NCBI RefSeq assembly: GCF_001194135.2
Contig: NC_069000.1
Location: forward strand, 39,531,853-39,595,852
From: Octopus bimaculoides
Taxonomy: Eukaryota
Length of the DNA: 64,000 bases
Direction of reading: 5' to 3'
The translations under genes and the position numbers were made by a program. Position 1 is the stretch's first letter; every line of letters starts with the position of its first letter. The notes under the pieces are model-generated. The model was not told the origin of the DNA and ran no database searches. It worked only from the letters and a program-made list of their open reading frames with translations. This document shows positions 1-11,818 of this stretch, one piece after another.

Positions 1-193
1 ATCTAATTGTGTTTTCAGCCTAATTGTGTTATCATACACACACACAACATAGTTATTTTCAGGATCTAATTGTGTTTTCAGCCTAATTGTGTTATCATAC
101 ACACACACAACATAGTTATTTTCAGGATCTAATTGTGTTTTCAGCCTAATTGTGTTATCACACACACACACAACATAGTTATTTTCAGGATCT
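1..193. repeat. 63-bp tandem repeat, 3 copies plus partial
   Basis: Unit ATCTAATTGTGTTTTCAGCC...GTTATTTTCAGG starts at 1, 64 and 127, with a partial at 190; only one difference seen between copies. Confidence 0.95.
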
Positions 194-1007
194 AGTACAC
201 ACACACCACCGAGATCTGTGTTGACGTAGCTTGAAAACTGGTGCCTCCTGTTCATGTCTCAGTAGCTAAACTTTTGGCGAATATATCGATAAAATAACTA
301 GCTGGCGTACATATAATTACTAGGCTTAATATGCTCAACCGAAAAACCTCCAATACAGCGTGCCTAGAAGGTTGCAATCTAATGGCAGCAAGCAGTAACC
401 GAGCAAATGTGTATATAAAATATAATTCGCAGGAATATATCAGGTAGGAAAATTAAAGACAAATATTATCCTTTTACGCTGCAGAGACTCTGAACAATAA
501 ATCAATCAAACTATATATCTTTATATAAAAAAAAAATTATTCATTCTTCTCATTCCCTAAGGATTCTCGTAAGTTTTTCCCCGTTTTTTTTACCTACTTC
601 TAAGCTCCTCCATAAGTATATAATGAATATCTAAACGTAACATAAATATGTTACAAAGAAATATAATCAACTTCCTGATGCATTAGAATCACTTATTTAC
701 GAAAGCTCTATATTTAGATGGAAAGAAAAACCGCTGTGATATTTATGCATTTCTTTCAGAAACGTGACATTGGTCAAAAGAAAGCTTTCCAAACAGGAAT
801 ATAAAAATCGTTTTCTGATACGAAACATCGGGGTAGCATTCCCCTTGCTTAATAGCACTTGGTACTGTGTTACTCTACCATGATATACATTATCAACCTC
901 TTCGATTGTTTTGGAAATATATTGGCGAAGTGTTAGAGGCAAGTTATATTCGATTCAACCAGTTAATCAATAATACATTATTGGTATTAATGTTATCGAT
1001 GCTAAGA

Positions 1008-1210
1008 GTGGTGATGGATTAGCAGAATCATTGCGGCGTCATTACTACCCTTTACATTCGGAGTTCAAATCCCGTCGATGACAAATTTGCCTTTCATCTT
1101 CCGTGGATCGATAAACAATAATACAGCCAAACTACTGCAATCGATATAATCGACCTACACCACAGTTCCGCAATCTTGTGGCCTCGAGCCAATGCTAGAA
1201 AATTAATATT
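1008..1210 (+). mobile_element. Degenerate tRNA-derived SINE, 'OK-like' family (TTTGCCTTTCATCCTT..GTCGATAAA..AGTACCAG body)
   Basis: B-box GGAGTTCAAATCCC followed by TTTGCCTTTCATCTTCCGTGGATCGATAAA; same layout as the better copies at 19924, 24030 and 48037. Confidence 0.75.
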
Positions 1211-1304
1211 ATAGATTCTAACAATATTATGATACTATGACGGAATTTGTGGCAGTGTGTGTCCTAATCGAAACTCGTTCAATGCTACATTATATTTAGC
1301 CTGT

Positions 1305-1684
1305 GAAGGCGCAATAGCCCAATGGTTAGGGCAGCGGACTCGCGGTCATAGGATGGCGGTTTCGATTCCCAGACCGGGTGTTGTGAGTGTTTATTGAGCG
1401 AAGACCCCTAAAGCTCCACGAGGCTCCGGCAGGGGACGGTGGCGAACCCTGCTGTACTCTTCCACCACAACTTTCTCTCACTCTTACTTCCTGTTTCTGC
1501 TGTGCCTGTAATTCAAAGGGTCAGTCTTGTCACACTGTGTCACGCTGAATATCCCCGAGAACAACGTTAAGGGTACACGTGTCTGTGGAGTGCTCAGCCA
1601 CTTGCACGTTAATTTCACGAGCAGGCTGTTCCGTTGATCGGATCAACTGCAACCCTCGACGTCGTAAGCGACAGAGTGCCAACA
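1305..1684 (+). mobile_element. tRNA-derived SINE, family A (~380 bp), full length
   Basis: tRNA-like head (GGCGCAATAGCCCAATGGTTAG...GGTTTCGATTCCC); very similar to copies at 13140 and 14674. Confidence 0.9.
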
Positions 1685-1957
1685 TGTACACCATGGAGTG
1701 TTGATAAACTACAGCGTTGTAAAAACTTCTCTCATATTGTCCATCTTCAACGGATCAATATACAACTCCCATGTCAAAATGATGCATATTAGGAAGGATC
1801 GGCATTAGATCTTGTTCTAGTAGGGCTCCAATCATAATATATCAGTCTAAAGCCTACGATGAGTAGGACGATAGGATGCAAGAAAGACAACAATTCGGAG
1901 GGAGTGGAACTCAAGTTTTGCTGATGAATCTTCATGCCTGACATTGACTCCTTTCAT

Positions 1958-1969
1958 GTGTGTGGGGGG

Positions 1970-2032
<63 letters not shown>
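1958..2032. repeat. (TG)n microsatellite, representative of dozens of (CA/TG), (TA), (GA), (GATA), (TACA), (ATT) and (TAG) tracts in the window
   Basis: Direct sequence reading. Confidence 0.98.
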
Positions 2033-2036
<4 letters not shown>

Positions 2037-2395
2037 CATATGATTTTCCTGAACAAATATTGTGAAAGATTATCTTGAATTTATATATTTCTATTACAAG
2101 ATGACTAAATCGTCTTGAAAATAATTGAAAGCCTTAATATATTTTCTTAAAATATTTTTTCTAATCTGTCTATAACGACGTCATCAAAACATTGTCTGCA
2201 GTCTGTTTTATGCGTGGGTGTGTGTATATATCTGTTTGTCTGCTTGTACGTATGTGTATGTGTGTCTGCTTGTAGTATTTTTATGTATGTGTATATATAT
2301 ATGGGAGAATATACGAAAAAACAACAACAGACGAGGACAGGTGGTGTAAATAACAAAAGGATGTATTAGTATAACGCTCGGGAATACGGAAAGTC

Positions 2396-2428
2396 TTTGA
2401 CGTTTCGAGCTACGCTCTTCAACAGAAA
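2396..2428 (-). ncRNA. Degenerate Penelope-type minimal hammerhead ribozyme motif (A6U variant)
   Basis: Minus strand reads TTT-CTGTTGA-A-GAGC-GTA-GCTC-GAAAC-GTC-AAA: stem II, GAAAC, GUC site and a 3-bp stem I are present; CUGAUGA is changed to CUGUUGA. Confidence 0.5.
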
Positions 2429-3310
2429 TAATACGGAGACAAGGAGAAAAACACGGAGAAAAAAAATTGAATAGTGTCCAGTCAACGGTCGCTGTTATGC
2501 ATGTATCGATTTACGTGGAAGTCAGGCTTACATATCCTCTATTGAAACTTCGACATGAAGCTTAATATAACATCAATAACGAAACCATATTTTCAGTTCT
2601 GAACCGCTAATACGATTAACAATATGTTTCTGTCATTTCCTGTATGACGAGATAAGATTTTGTTTGAATATTTAACGAAGAAGCTAATATAAAATTAATT
2701 ACTACACATTTTTGATTATTTTTATTCCTGTGTTAACATAATTTTTATATGATAATATTCGCTTGTCATTTTGATACCATGCATTTCAAAATTATTACTA
2801 TTAAAAGGACAAAAAACAATACAATTTAAGTGATATCGTAGAATGTCCTTTTATTTCAAGTTTAAATTCAAGAACAAATTCTCTCTTTGACAGCTACGCT
2901 GTTGTCAAAGTTATTTTCATTGCTAGCAAACTTCACATTTCCTTTACACTTAGTTGAAATCTAAAACTACGTAACGAAGTTTAAAAACGTGTTTAAGACA
3001 AAATAAGACTTCAATAGAATTTATATTCTCTTTCTAGCTTTGTGAACACATATCATATGGGTTCAAAGTAGGCTTAGTTCTCGACACCAAAAGGATGGCA
3101 TTTAAAGCGTGAAGAAATAGTGCTAGATGCTTTGTCTGGCGTGTTAACACTTCTGTCAGCTCTTCCCCTTATTATAATGCTACAATATCTTATTTGACGA
3201 AGTAAAATCTAAGTTTGCCAATGAAAAATTTACTAAAATTTTCTGATTCCAAAGGACCTTTATCTGCATCGATAATGTTGACCTCAAATGTTGGCCTCAA
3301 AGTTACTATA

Positions 3311-3356
3311 CTCTACACCAGCGCAGGCCAACCAGAGGGCCGCAGGCCGCATCCGG
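3311..3356 (+). mobile_element. hAT (Charlie-like) terminal fragment
   Basis: CTCTACAC (resembles the NTCTAGAN Charlie target site) followed by CAGCGCAGGCCAACC..GGGCCGCAGGCCGCATCCGG, resembling Charlie/SPIN-type ends. Confidence 0.4.
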
Positions 3357-3603
3357 ACTTCATCGTGCAGCCCGCTGACTTTCATCTTGCGGCCCACTTG
3401 AACCTTAACACCGTTGTAACGATCCAGAGCGAATCGCAGGAGGTCCTCGACTCGCTCACGGAAAACAACTTCCAGGCGAGATTCCAAAAGTGTCAGGAGC
3501 GCTCGAACCGGTGTATCGCTGCGCAAGGTAACTATTTCGAAGGAGATAGGTAAATTAGTTATTTCTTTATTACACATAACTAGTCTGGGAACTATTTGAC
3601 CCA
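3357..3603 (+). mobile_element. mariner transposase C-terminal remnant with right end
   Basis: Translation PADFHL...TIQSESQEVLDSLTENNFQARFQKCQERSNRCIAAQGNYFEGD matches the mariner C-terminus that follows the SPDLAPxDF motif. Confidence 0.85.
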
Positions 3604-4029
3604 TCTCCTCATTAATAAATATCCTATGTCTTTTCTATATAATGAATTGTAATTTAAAATTCTAGCCATCTAATTCTTAATCATTCTAAGCAACGTAAAG
3701 CGTTTTCCCTCCAGGCGTCAGGCGTCTATTTTTCATCTATCTTCTGCGTTGGGATATGAGTGTGTGTTTGTTTTGCGTGCAACTATGTGTGCGTGTATCT
3801 ATGTATATGTATATATATCCTTCTTTTTCTCTCCTTTTTTCCCTCCTTGTTTGTCTTCTTGTTTTTTCCTCTCCTTTTTTTCTCTCCTTGTTTCTCTCCT
3901 TGTATCTTTCTGTGTTCATTTCTGTGGAAGAAGTTTTCAATTCCCGACCGTTATACTAATACATCTATTTATTTTCTACACCACCTGTCTTCGTCTGTTG
4001 TTGGTTTTTTTTTTTTTTGTGAATTCTCC

Positions 4030-4081
<52 letters not shown>

Positions 4082-5599
4082 TCGAGCCTGTGCAGATTAA
4101 CATATATGTGTGAATATATGTGCGGATTTATGTGTGGTTGCACGTATGTGTGTATTTGAGCGCATGAGCACACGACCAATTCAATGCCTCAAGCTGACAT
4201 ATTGCTTAACTTTACTTACATTGTCTTTTTAGTTTTCCTTGGCTTTTTTCTGAATTTATTTATTAGTTACTCTGTTTCCCACTTCACATCAGCATTAAGT
4301 CATTAGCAATTAATCCATTACTGAACTAGCAATTAACATACGGGCTGGAAGCATAAGAGAAACTTCTGTATTTTCCGGAAATATGAACTGTGATTAATCA
4401 TTTACTAAACACATTTCCCCTCACAGCATATTTGTTTCTAGATAGCAATCAATATGTTTAATGAGTCGATATTTAATGATGTGTTGATACTTATAAAAAA
4501 AAGCAAACATGTAACAACCAGACTAATGTAGATCAGCGGACAACCAATATGACATGTCTGCTTATACACTATCGGATTTTTTTCTCTTTTTGAAGTACAC
4601 TAAATTGAAACAAGTTCGTTATGTTTCACGGTAAGCAACCAGTGTTGCCGGATATGCCCTTATATATATGTATATATATATACATATNNNNNNNNNNNNN
4701 NNNNNNNNNNNNNNNNNNNNNNNNNNNNNNNNNNNNNNNNNNNNNNNNNNNNNNNNNNNNNNNNNNNNNNNNNNNNNNNNNNNNNNNNNNNNNNNNNNNN
4801 NNNNNNNNNNNNNNNNNNNNNNNNNNNNNNNNNNNNNNNNNNNNNNNNNNNNNNNNNNNNNNNNNNNNNNNNNNNNNNNNNNNNNNNNNTATATATATAT
4901 ATATGAGGCATTATTGTATAGTAATGCCCTTATGTAAATTAAATATATTTATGGGGGAAAATGATGGGGCTTTTTTCCCCTTATGAGGTTTTTTTGACGA
5001 TAACTACTTGATAAATTCTTATAAAGTTTTTATCTTAATATTGTATTTTATATATATATCACGCTTCAGATGCTTCGAAATTCTATCCGACTACGAGAAT
5101 GTAAGGCATTGTACGCCGTTTTACGGATTCAGAGATTATTAGCCTCATTAGGAAAGGATTAAAATAATACTTAATACCAAAGCGAATGTCGCTATCACGC
5201 GATTAGATAGAACTTGAACTTTCATTCTATGCGATGCGAATGGGTGAGTGTCTTTATACATTACGAATCTTTACAACGATAATACAGCCAAAGGGATTTT
5301 TTAAATTTTAATTGTTTGGTTTCCTTTTCTTTTTTTTTTACAGGTGTAATGTACTATTGAGGCTAGCAGATCAGGTGATAAAATGACAGATAATGTACAC
5401 TGCAGCATCTTAATAACCGTGTTTGGTTCACAGAAAGCCATACCCAAATGCACATTTATTCCACTAGAGACTCACTTTCGTGGGAAAATATTTTATGGCT
5501 TTCTTCCTGCTCTTTCTTTTCTGAATAAATTTCAGTTTTACGTTTCACCCTTTCACCTGATAGTGTTGTGCACATAAAATAAAATGTCGATATAACGGA

Positions 5600-6125
5600 G
5601 TAAGCCCTCGGCCACATTTCAGGCCTTGTACCGACATAAGACCGTCATTCTGTATCGTACACTTACAGCGAGAGGTTTCCCGATTAAACGCATGTTCTCC
5701 ACCTGCCTTGCCACCCTCGTCCAACCAACTCTTGACATTTTCCATCCATTGCTTCCTTGTCTGCCTCTTAATCTTCTAGCCTCCACTATTCTTTCCATGA
5801 TCATGATTTCCAAACTTCTGATCCTTCGAATAAGGCCATAATAGATGAGCTTTCGCTTTTTTCACAATATTCAGGAGTTGCCGTCTTTCAAAGTCTTATT
5901 GTAGCACCCATCTCTTTGTCCTTTGGTCCTTGTAAGAGACTCTTAACATTTTCGTACACACCCACATTGGTTATATTCTCTTCAGATTTGTTCAGAATAT
6001 ATGCTTCACAACCGTAAATACCTATAGACCAAATAAGTTCTACAGCCAGCCTCCTTTTTTAATTTAGTTGACACAACTTTGTTCCTCGAGATGTTATTGT
6101 GCTTTTCCATGCAATGCACAGCAAA
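5600..6125 (-). mobile_element. RTE-clade LINE, 3' RT fragment (decayed)
   Basis: Minus-strand pieces KKRKLIYYGLIRR..LEIMIMERIVEARRLRGRQ and WMENVKSW resemble the RTE C-terminal 'G.VEG.R.RGRQR..W.D.VK.W' region. Confidence 0.75.
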
Positions 6126-7112
6126 GACAGGTAGTATCAGACGACAAGAGGGAATCGTCCTAATAGTAACGCAACAGGTAAAGCAAAGACGGTTAAATTA
6201 CACCAAGAAATTGCATGAAAGTGCTTCAATGGTCGCTGTGATATGATAANNNNNNNNNNNNNNNNNNNNNNNNNNNNNNNNNNNNNNNNNNNNNNNNNNN
6301 NNNNNNNNNNNNNNNNNNNNNNNNNNNNNNNNNNNNNNNNNNNNNNNNNNNNNNNNNNNNNNNNNNNNNNNNNNNNNNNNNNNNNNNNNNNNNNNNNNNN
6401 NNNNNNNNNNNNNNNNNNNNNNNNNNNNNNNNNNNNNNNNNNNNNNNNNNNNNNNNNNNNNNNNNNNNNNNNNNNNNNNNNNNNNNNNNNNNNNNNNNNN
6501 NNNNNNNNNNNNNNNNNNNNNNNNNNNNNNNNNNNNNNNNNNNNNNNNNNNNNNNNNNNNNNNNNNNNNNNNNNNNNNNNNNNNNNNNNNNNNNNNNNNN
6601 NNNNNNNNNNNNNNNNNNNNNNNNNNNNNNNNNNNNNNNNNNNNNNNNNNNNNNNNNNNNNNNNNNNNNNNNNNNNNNNNNNNNNNNNNNNNNNNNNNNN
6701 NNNNNNNNNNNNNNNNNNNNNNNNNNNNNNNNNNNNNNNNNNNNNNNNNNNNNNNNNNNNNNNNNNNNNNNNNNNNNNNNNNNNNNNNNNNNNNNNNNNN
6801 NNNNNNNNNNNNNNNNNNNNNNNNNNNNNNNNNNNNNNNNNNNNNNNNNNNNNNNNNNNNNNNNNNNNNNNNNNNNNNNNNNNNNNNNNNNNNNNNNNNN
6901 NNNNNNNNNNNNNNNNNNNNNNNNNNNNNNNNNNNNNNNNNNNNNNNNNNNNNNNNNNNNNNNNNNNNNNNNNNNNNNNNNNNNNNNNNNNNNNNNNNNN
7001 NNNNNNNNNNNNNNNNNNNNNNNNNNNNNNNNNNNNNNNNNNNNNNNNNNNNNNNNNNNNNNNNNNNNNNNNNNNNNNNNNNNNNNNNNNNNNNNNNNNN
7101 NNATACATATAC

Positions 7113-7140
7113 ATAAATCATCTTCGCCATCATCACCGTC

Positions 7141-7171
<31 letters not shown>

Positions 7172-7278
7172 TCATTATCTTCTTCTTCTTCTTCTTCTTC
7201 TTCTTCTTCTTCTTCTTCTTCTTCTTCTCCTTCTTCTTCTTCTTCTTCTTCTTCTTCTCTTCTTCTTCTTCTTCTTTA
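7113..7278. repeat. Compound (CAT)n-(CTT)n microsatellite
   Basis: Direct reading; it explains the poly-H/poly-L ORF. Confidence 0.95.
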
Positions 7279-7550
7279 ACATCTGTTTATACTTCAACCC
7301 CACCTTTTGCTTCTATTTTCTTTATCCTCCGCATTTTCTATTTTTCTTCTTCTTTCTTCTAAATTGTCCTTCCTGTTCTAACTTCGTGTGCCATTTTCTC
7401 AACATTCTTCAATATCTCACCATACAAATAATCTACGGTTTTCTTTCCTTTTTTCTTTTCGTTTTCTTCTTTTTTTTTTTTTTTTTTGCTTTTCACTTTG
7501 GTCTCAGATTTATTCTATTATATCTAATGTGAGAAAATACTCTTTATATA

Positions 7551-7608
7551 CCATGTGGTTGGTAAGCAAGTTACTTACCACACATCCACTCTTACGTCTA
7601 GTATATGT
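7551..7608 (-). mobile_element. Head fragment of the CORE-like tRNA SINE
   Basis: CCATGTGGTTGGTAAGCAAGTTACTTACCACACATCCAC is the reverse complement of the head seen at 41465. Confidence 0.65.
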
Positions 7609-7838
7609 TGTATGTATCTTGTTTTAACATCATGTTGATAGTATATAATTTATATCTGTTATAATTAGAGGCGTATTCATACAGAAGGACGTCATCCCTT
7701 CAGTTAGTAAATGCCGTCCTGATATCCCAAATGACCAGAAGCTCCGGCTTTAGACAGACTGACCTTATTGCAGATGTTACCGCAGATGTTACTATAGACA
7801 TTCGGGTGGAAAATATTTGGGATTGAAAGTTTTGTGTG

Positions 7839-7890
<52 letters not shown>

Positions 7891-8155
7891 CGTGTGTGAA
7901 TATATGTGTGCACGTGTGTATATGCACGCGTGCATGTATGTATGTATGTATGTATGTATGTACAGCATAGAGTGTTGATAAGGGAAAATAAGACGAAGTA
8001 GAAAATGCTAAAATAATTTTATCATGAAGAACATTTTAGTTCCGGATTCAGTCTTTTCGACTTTTTCAAATTAGAATAAAGCAAGAGAAACAATTAAATA
8101 TTTTTAAAAATATTTTCATAGTCTTGAAATTAGTAGGACATCTTCCTTTTCTTTC

Positions 8156-8206
<51 letters not shown>

Positions 8207-8212
8207 CATATA

Positions 8213-8856
8213 CAGTGTGCGGTGAATAAATTGTCATCCAAATTACGCAGAAATGGAAACAACTGACATTTCAATTCAACAGATATATAAACCAAAATTA
8301 CATACAAATATCTTGAAATACTAAAGAATAAATTTATTCAATAAAATTACCATTGGCTTCAGTTATGGCTTTGAGATCTCCTGCAACCCTTCTGGACAGT
8401 CGCCTTCTTTAAGTTGGAGAATGTTGCTATAATACTTGCCTTCATTTCTTCGTTGGTGTTACAAGAAATTTTGTAGGTCTCTCACTCAACTACGCCCTAC
8501 ACATAATACGCAAAGAGATTGCAGTCTGGAGAGTTAGTGCCAGATGTTAGGGGTGATGTGGTCGCAGGGATTGTCTTACAGCCATAACTGGGTTCTCCTG
8601 CTTGTGTGACATGGTGCAGAGTCCTGTTGCCAGTAACTACCCACTTGACCCAGGACAACACTACCTTGTTCAGGCGCTTAATGTAGGCCTCTGTGTTGAG
8701 TCTGGGGCCGTGTGGTGAGGGGCGTAACGTCGCTATCACTAGTGATCATTCCAAACGCCATAATGTTGACTGGATGTTTGATATTTATGAAAATCAGTAA
8801 CAAAATATGCACGAAATATAAGCACAAAATTGCGACAATTTACTCATCGCATTCTG
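8213..8856 (-). mobile_element. Internally deleted Tc1/mariner (maT/DD37D-like) element with both TIRs and TA target sites
   Basis: Left TA|CAGTGTGCGGTGAATAAATTGTC and right reverse complement TA|CAGAATGCGATGAGTAAATTGTC; minus-strand KHPVNIMAFGMITSD..HGPRLNTEAYIK..NSPDCNLFAYYV..ANGNFIE*. Confidence 0.85.
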
Positions 8857-9030
8857 TATATACAAGCATACATATACACACTTGGAAATTACGCATACAT
8901 GGATACACAAACACACACACACACATACGTACATACGCATATACATACCTACGTATACACACACACACACACACACATGTATATATATATACATATACAC
9001 CTGTGCATCTATGTTCGTGTNNNNNNNNNN

Positions 9031-9118
<88 letters not shown>

Positions 9119-10276
9119 ATTGTTAACATCTGTGCTGCAACAAATCACATAACATAGAAATAAACATTTGTGCTATAATGAACAGTTCAACATTTATTGA
9201 CGTCAAAGACACTTGTTATTTGACATCGACAAAATTACTTGGCGGATAACAAAGACGCATCTAATAAGAAAACATTATTAGCAATATAGTTGTCTTTGTT
9301 ATCTGTCATTGTGTACAGACCTACAGACGTCTTAAGCTATCGATCAAAAGCAAATCTAGCCGAGGTTATTAGACCGATTTACCTTTGTTATGAATCATTC
9401 AATATGTGTGTGAGTGAGTGTGGACAGGTGTATATATATATATATATATATATATNNNNNNNNNNNNNNNNNNNNNNNNNNNNNNNNNNNNNNNNNNNNN
9501 NNNNNNNNNNNNNNNNNNNNNNNNNNNNNNNNNNNNNNNNNNNNNNNNNNNNNNNNNNNNNNNNNNNNNNNNNNNNNNNNNNNNNNNNNNNNNNNNNNNN
9601 NNNNNNNNNNNNNNNNNNNNNNNNNNNNNNNNNNNNNNNNNNNNNNNNNNNNNNNNNNNNNNNNNNNNNNNNNNNNNNNNNNNNNNNNNNNNNNNNNNNN
9701 NNNNNNNNNNNNNNNNNNNNNNNNNNNNNNNNNNNNNNNNNNNNNNNNNNNNNNNNNNNNNNNNNNNNNNNNNNNNNNNNNNNNNNNNNNNNNNNNNNNN
9801 NNNNNNNNNNNNNNNNNNNNNNNNNNNNNNNNNNNNNNNNNNNNNNNNNNNNNNNNNNNNNNNNNNNNNNNNNNNNNNNNNNNNNNNNNNNNNNNNNNNN
9901 NNNNNNNNNNNNNNNNNNNNNNNNNNNNNNNNNNNNNNNNNNNNNNNNNNNNNNNNNNNNNNNNNNNNNNNNNNNNNNNNNNNNNNNNNNNNNNNNNNNN
10001 NNNNNNNNNNNNNNNNNNNNNNNNNNNNNNNNNNNNNNNNNNNNNNNNNNNNNNNNNNNNNNNNNNNNNNNNNNNNNNNNNNNNNNNNNNNNNNNNNNNN
10101 NNNNNNNNNNNNNNNNNNNNNNNNNNNNNNNNNNNNNNNNNNNNNNNNNNNNNNNNNNNNNNNNNNNNNNNNNNNNNNNNNNNNNNNNNNNNNNNNNNNN
10201 NNNNNNNNNNNNNNNNNNNNNNNNNNNNATATATATATATATACACATATTTATGTGTATGTATATACTGTATATA

Positions 10277-10925
10277 TTAGGTCATCCCATGACTAAAGTG
10301 GTCTTTTTCAAAAGCATGAAATAAAAGACGGAGGGGAACGGGATAAACTGCCTGTATCCACTTGCTGTAAAAGCAGGTAATTTTATATTATCCTTATTTT
10401 TTGTGAAAGTTTCAATGAGTGCAGTTCGATTTTAACAGTTATTCTTGCAAAAGTATAACGTAACTGACAAAGAAGCATATTCGGCATGTTTTGCTTTATG
10501 CGTGCAATAAAGGCAACAACGCAATGGTAAGTGCGAGGAATATTAGTGCAGCATATGACGATCGGACAATAAACGTAAGAAATTCCAAGCCGGAAATTAC
10601 AGCCTAGGAGGCGAGCCTCGTCCTGGAAGATCTGTGGAGCTCGAAAAGGACGTCCTGCAAACCCTGGTGGAACAATATCCCATCGTAACTACAGATGGGA
10701 TATGCATTTGGTCATTCAACCATTCATCGACAACTGCGTACCATAGGAAAATTCAGAAAATTGGGTCAATAGGTTCTTCAAAAACTTTCCGAGTTTAATC
10801 GCGCGCAGAGATTGAGCGTGTGCTCTTCGTGGCTGTCACGTTTCACGAATGAACCTTTTTTTTGCACCGAATAGTGACTGATGACGAGAAACGGGTTCTC
10901 TACAAAAACGTGAAGCGCCGAAGAA
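10277..10925 (+). mobile_element. mariner (Mos1/Hsmar1-like) 5' half: left end and decayed transposase N-terminus
   Basis: TA|TTAGGTCATCCCAT left end; frames give KKHIRHVLLY..KGNNA, GGEPRPGRS, LVEQYPIV, LGQ*VL, RIVTDDEKRVLYKNVKRR (the GDEKW catalytic motif, decayed). Confidence 0.85.
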
Positions 10926-11639
10926 CCTCTAAACGACGTGACTCTGAGGAGCTCCGGTCTCTGAAGAGTGTTGAAACCCTTCTTATCCCCTGGTCTACTC
11001 TGACCCGATGTAACACCATTTGGTGTCCTAGCGATAGGTTAACTGGCATATGAACTAATGTGAATAAATGACCTCTAGTTCTCGTTAGAACCAGCTTCTA
11101 GGAGAAGGTGAACTCGTATAAAAGAACAACAAAAATATGAAGGTTTCTGGTCGTTCCAATCTCTGTTGTACCTTTGGTCTCATAGCTGAAGACTGATTTC
11201 TGTGCTGCGCAGCTATTTATTCACTTAAAACAAATTCCTGGACAAGAGCTTCTTGGACTCTTAGAATATTTGTATGAACATACTGTGTTTAGGAATTGGT
11301 CTTATTCGGTCACGAATTGGCTTCCACCATATATCTATGTATAATTTGGAAGAACGATAAGGTGGGGAATATCGACCGCGGCGACGAATTTGTAATTAGT
11401 ATCACGAACGACACACACCTGCGTACGTCCGACTAAATTTTACGATCAACTATCAAATCGTGATATTCCTTGTGAAATGTGTGGGGTTTATGTATGATTT
11501 GAGCATCAGAACATTGTGTTAGAAATTGAATTTGGCTTCTAGACACTGAAATATACAGCTAAAATTACTTTTTGTTAAATCGGTTTCTTTCATTATCTTC
11601 TAGACGGGTCGATTGATTCTGCGGTAAATCGGTAAATAC

Positions 11640-11818
11640 TGACTGTTTTATTAACGCTGGCCATTCTCCGCGGAAACGTATTTGCAATCATGTCCGCCAG
11701 GCTCAGCTAAAGACGCCATTTGTGCAGGGGCGTACAACCCGTTACTCTTAATCCCGCATTCGTCTGCTGCATAATACAACCCACACACACTTTTTCTTTT
11801 TCTCTGTCGCCTTGGTGC
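11640..11818 (+). promoter_or_regulatory. Putative promoter / non-coding first exon
   Basis: Locally CpG-enriched; YY1-like GACGCCATTT at ~11712-11721; pyrimidine tract followed by a consensus donor GC|GTAAGT at 11819 and a strong acceptor (TTTCCTTTCTTTTATTCCAG) ending at 11899. Confidence 0.4.

Noticed and set aside
1-193. CRISPR-like array
   Set aside because: There are no unique spacers, and the context is eukaryotic; it is a plain tandem repeat.
5115-5152. Degenerate hammerhead-like motif (minus strand CTAATGAGG..GTAAAACGGCGTA)
   Set aside because: Multiple core mismatches and no convincing stems.
10929-11010. Hammerhead-like CTGAGGA...GAAAC...GTC
   Set aside because: Stem II does not abut GAAA and stem I does not pair.
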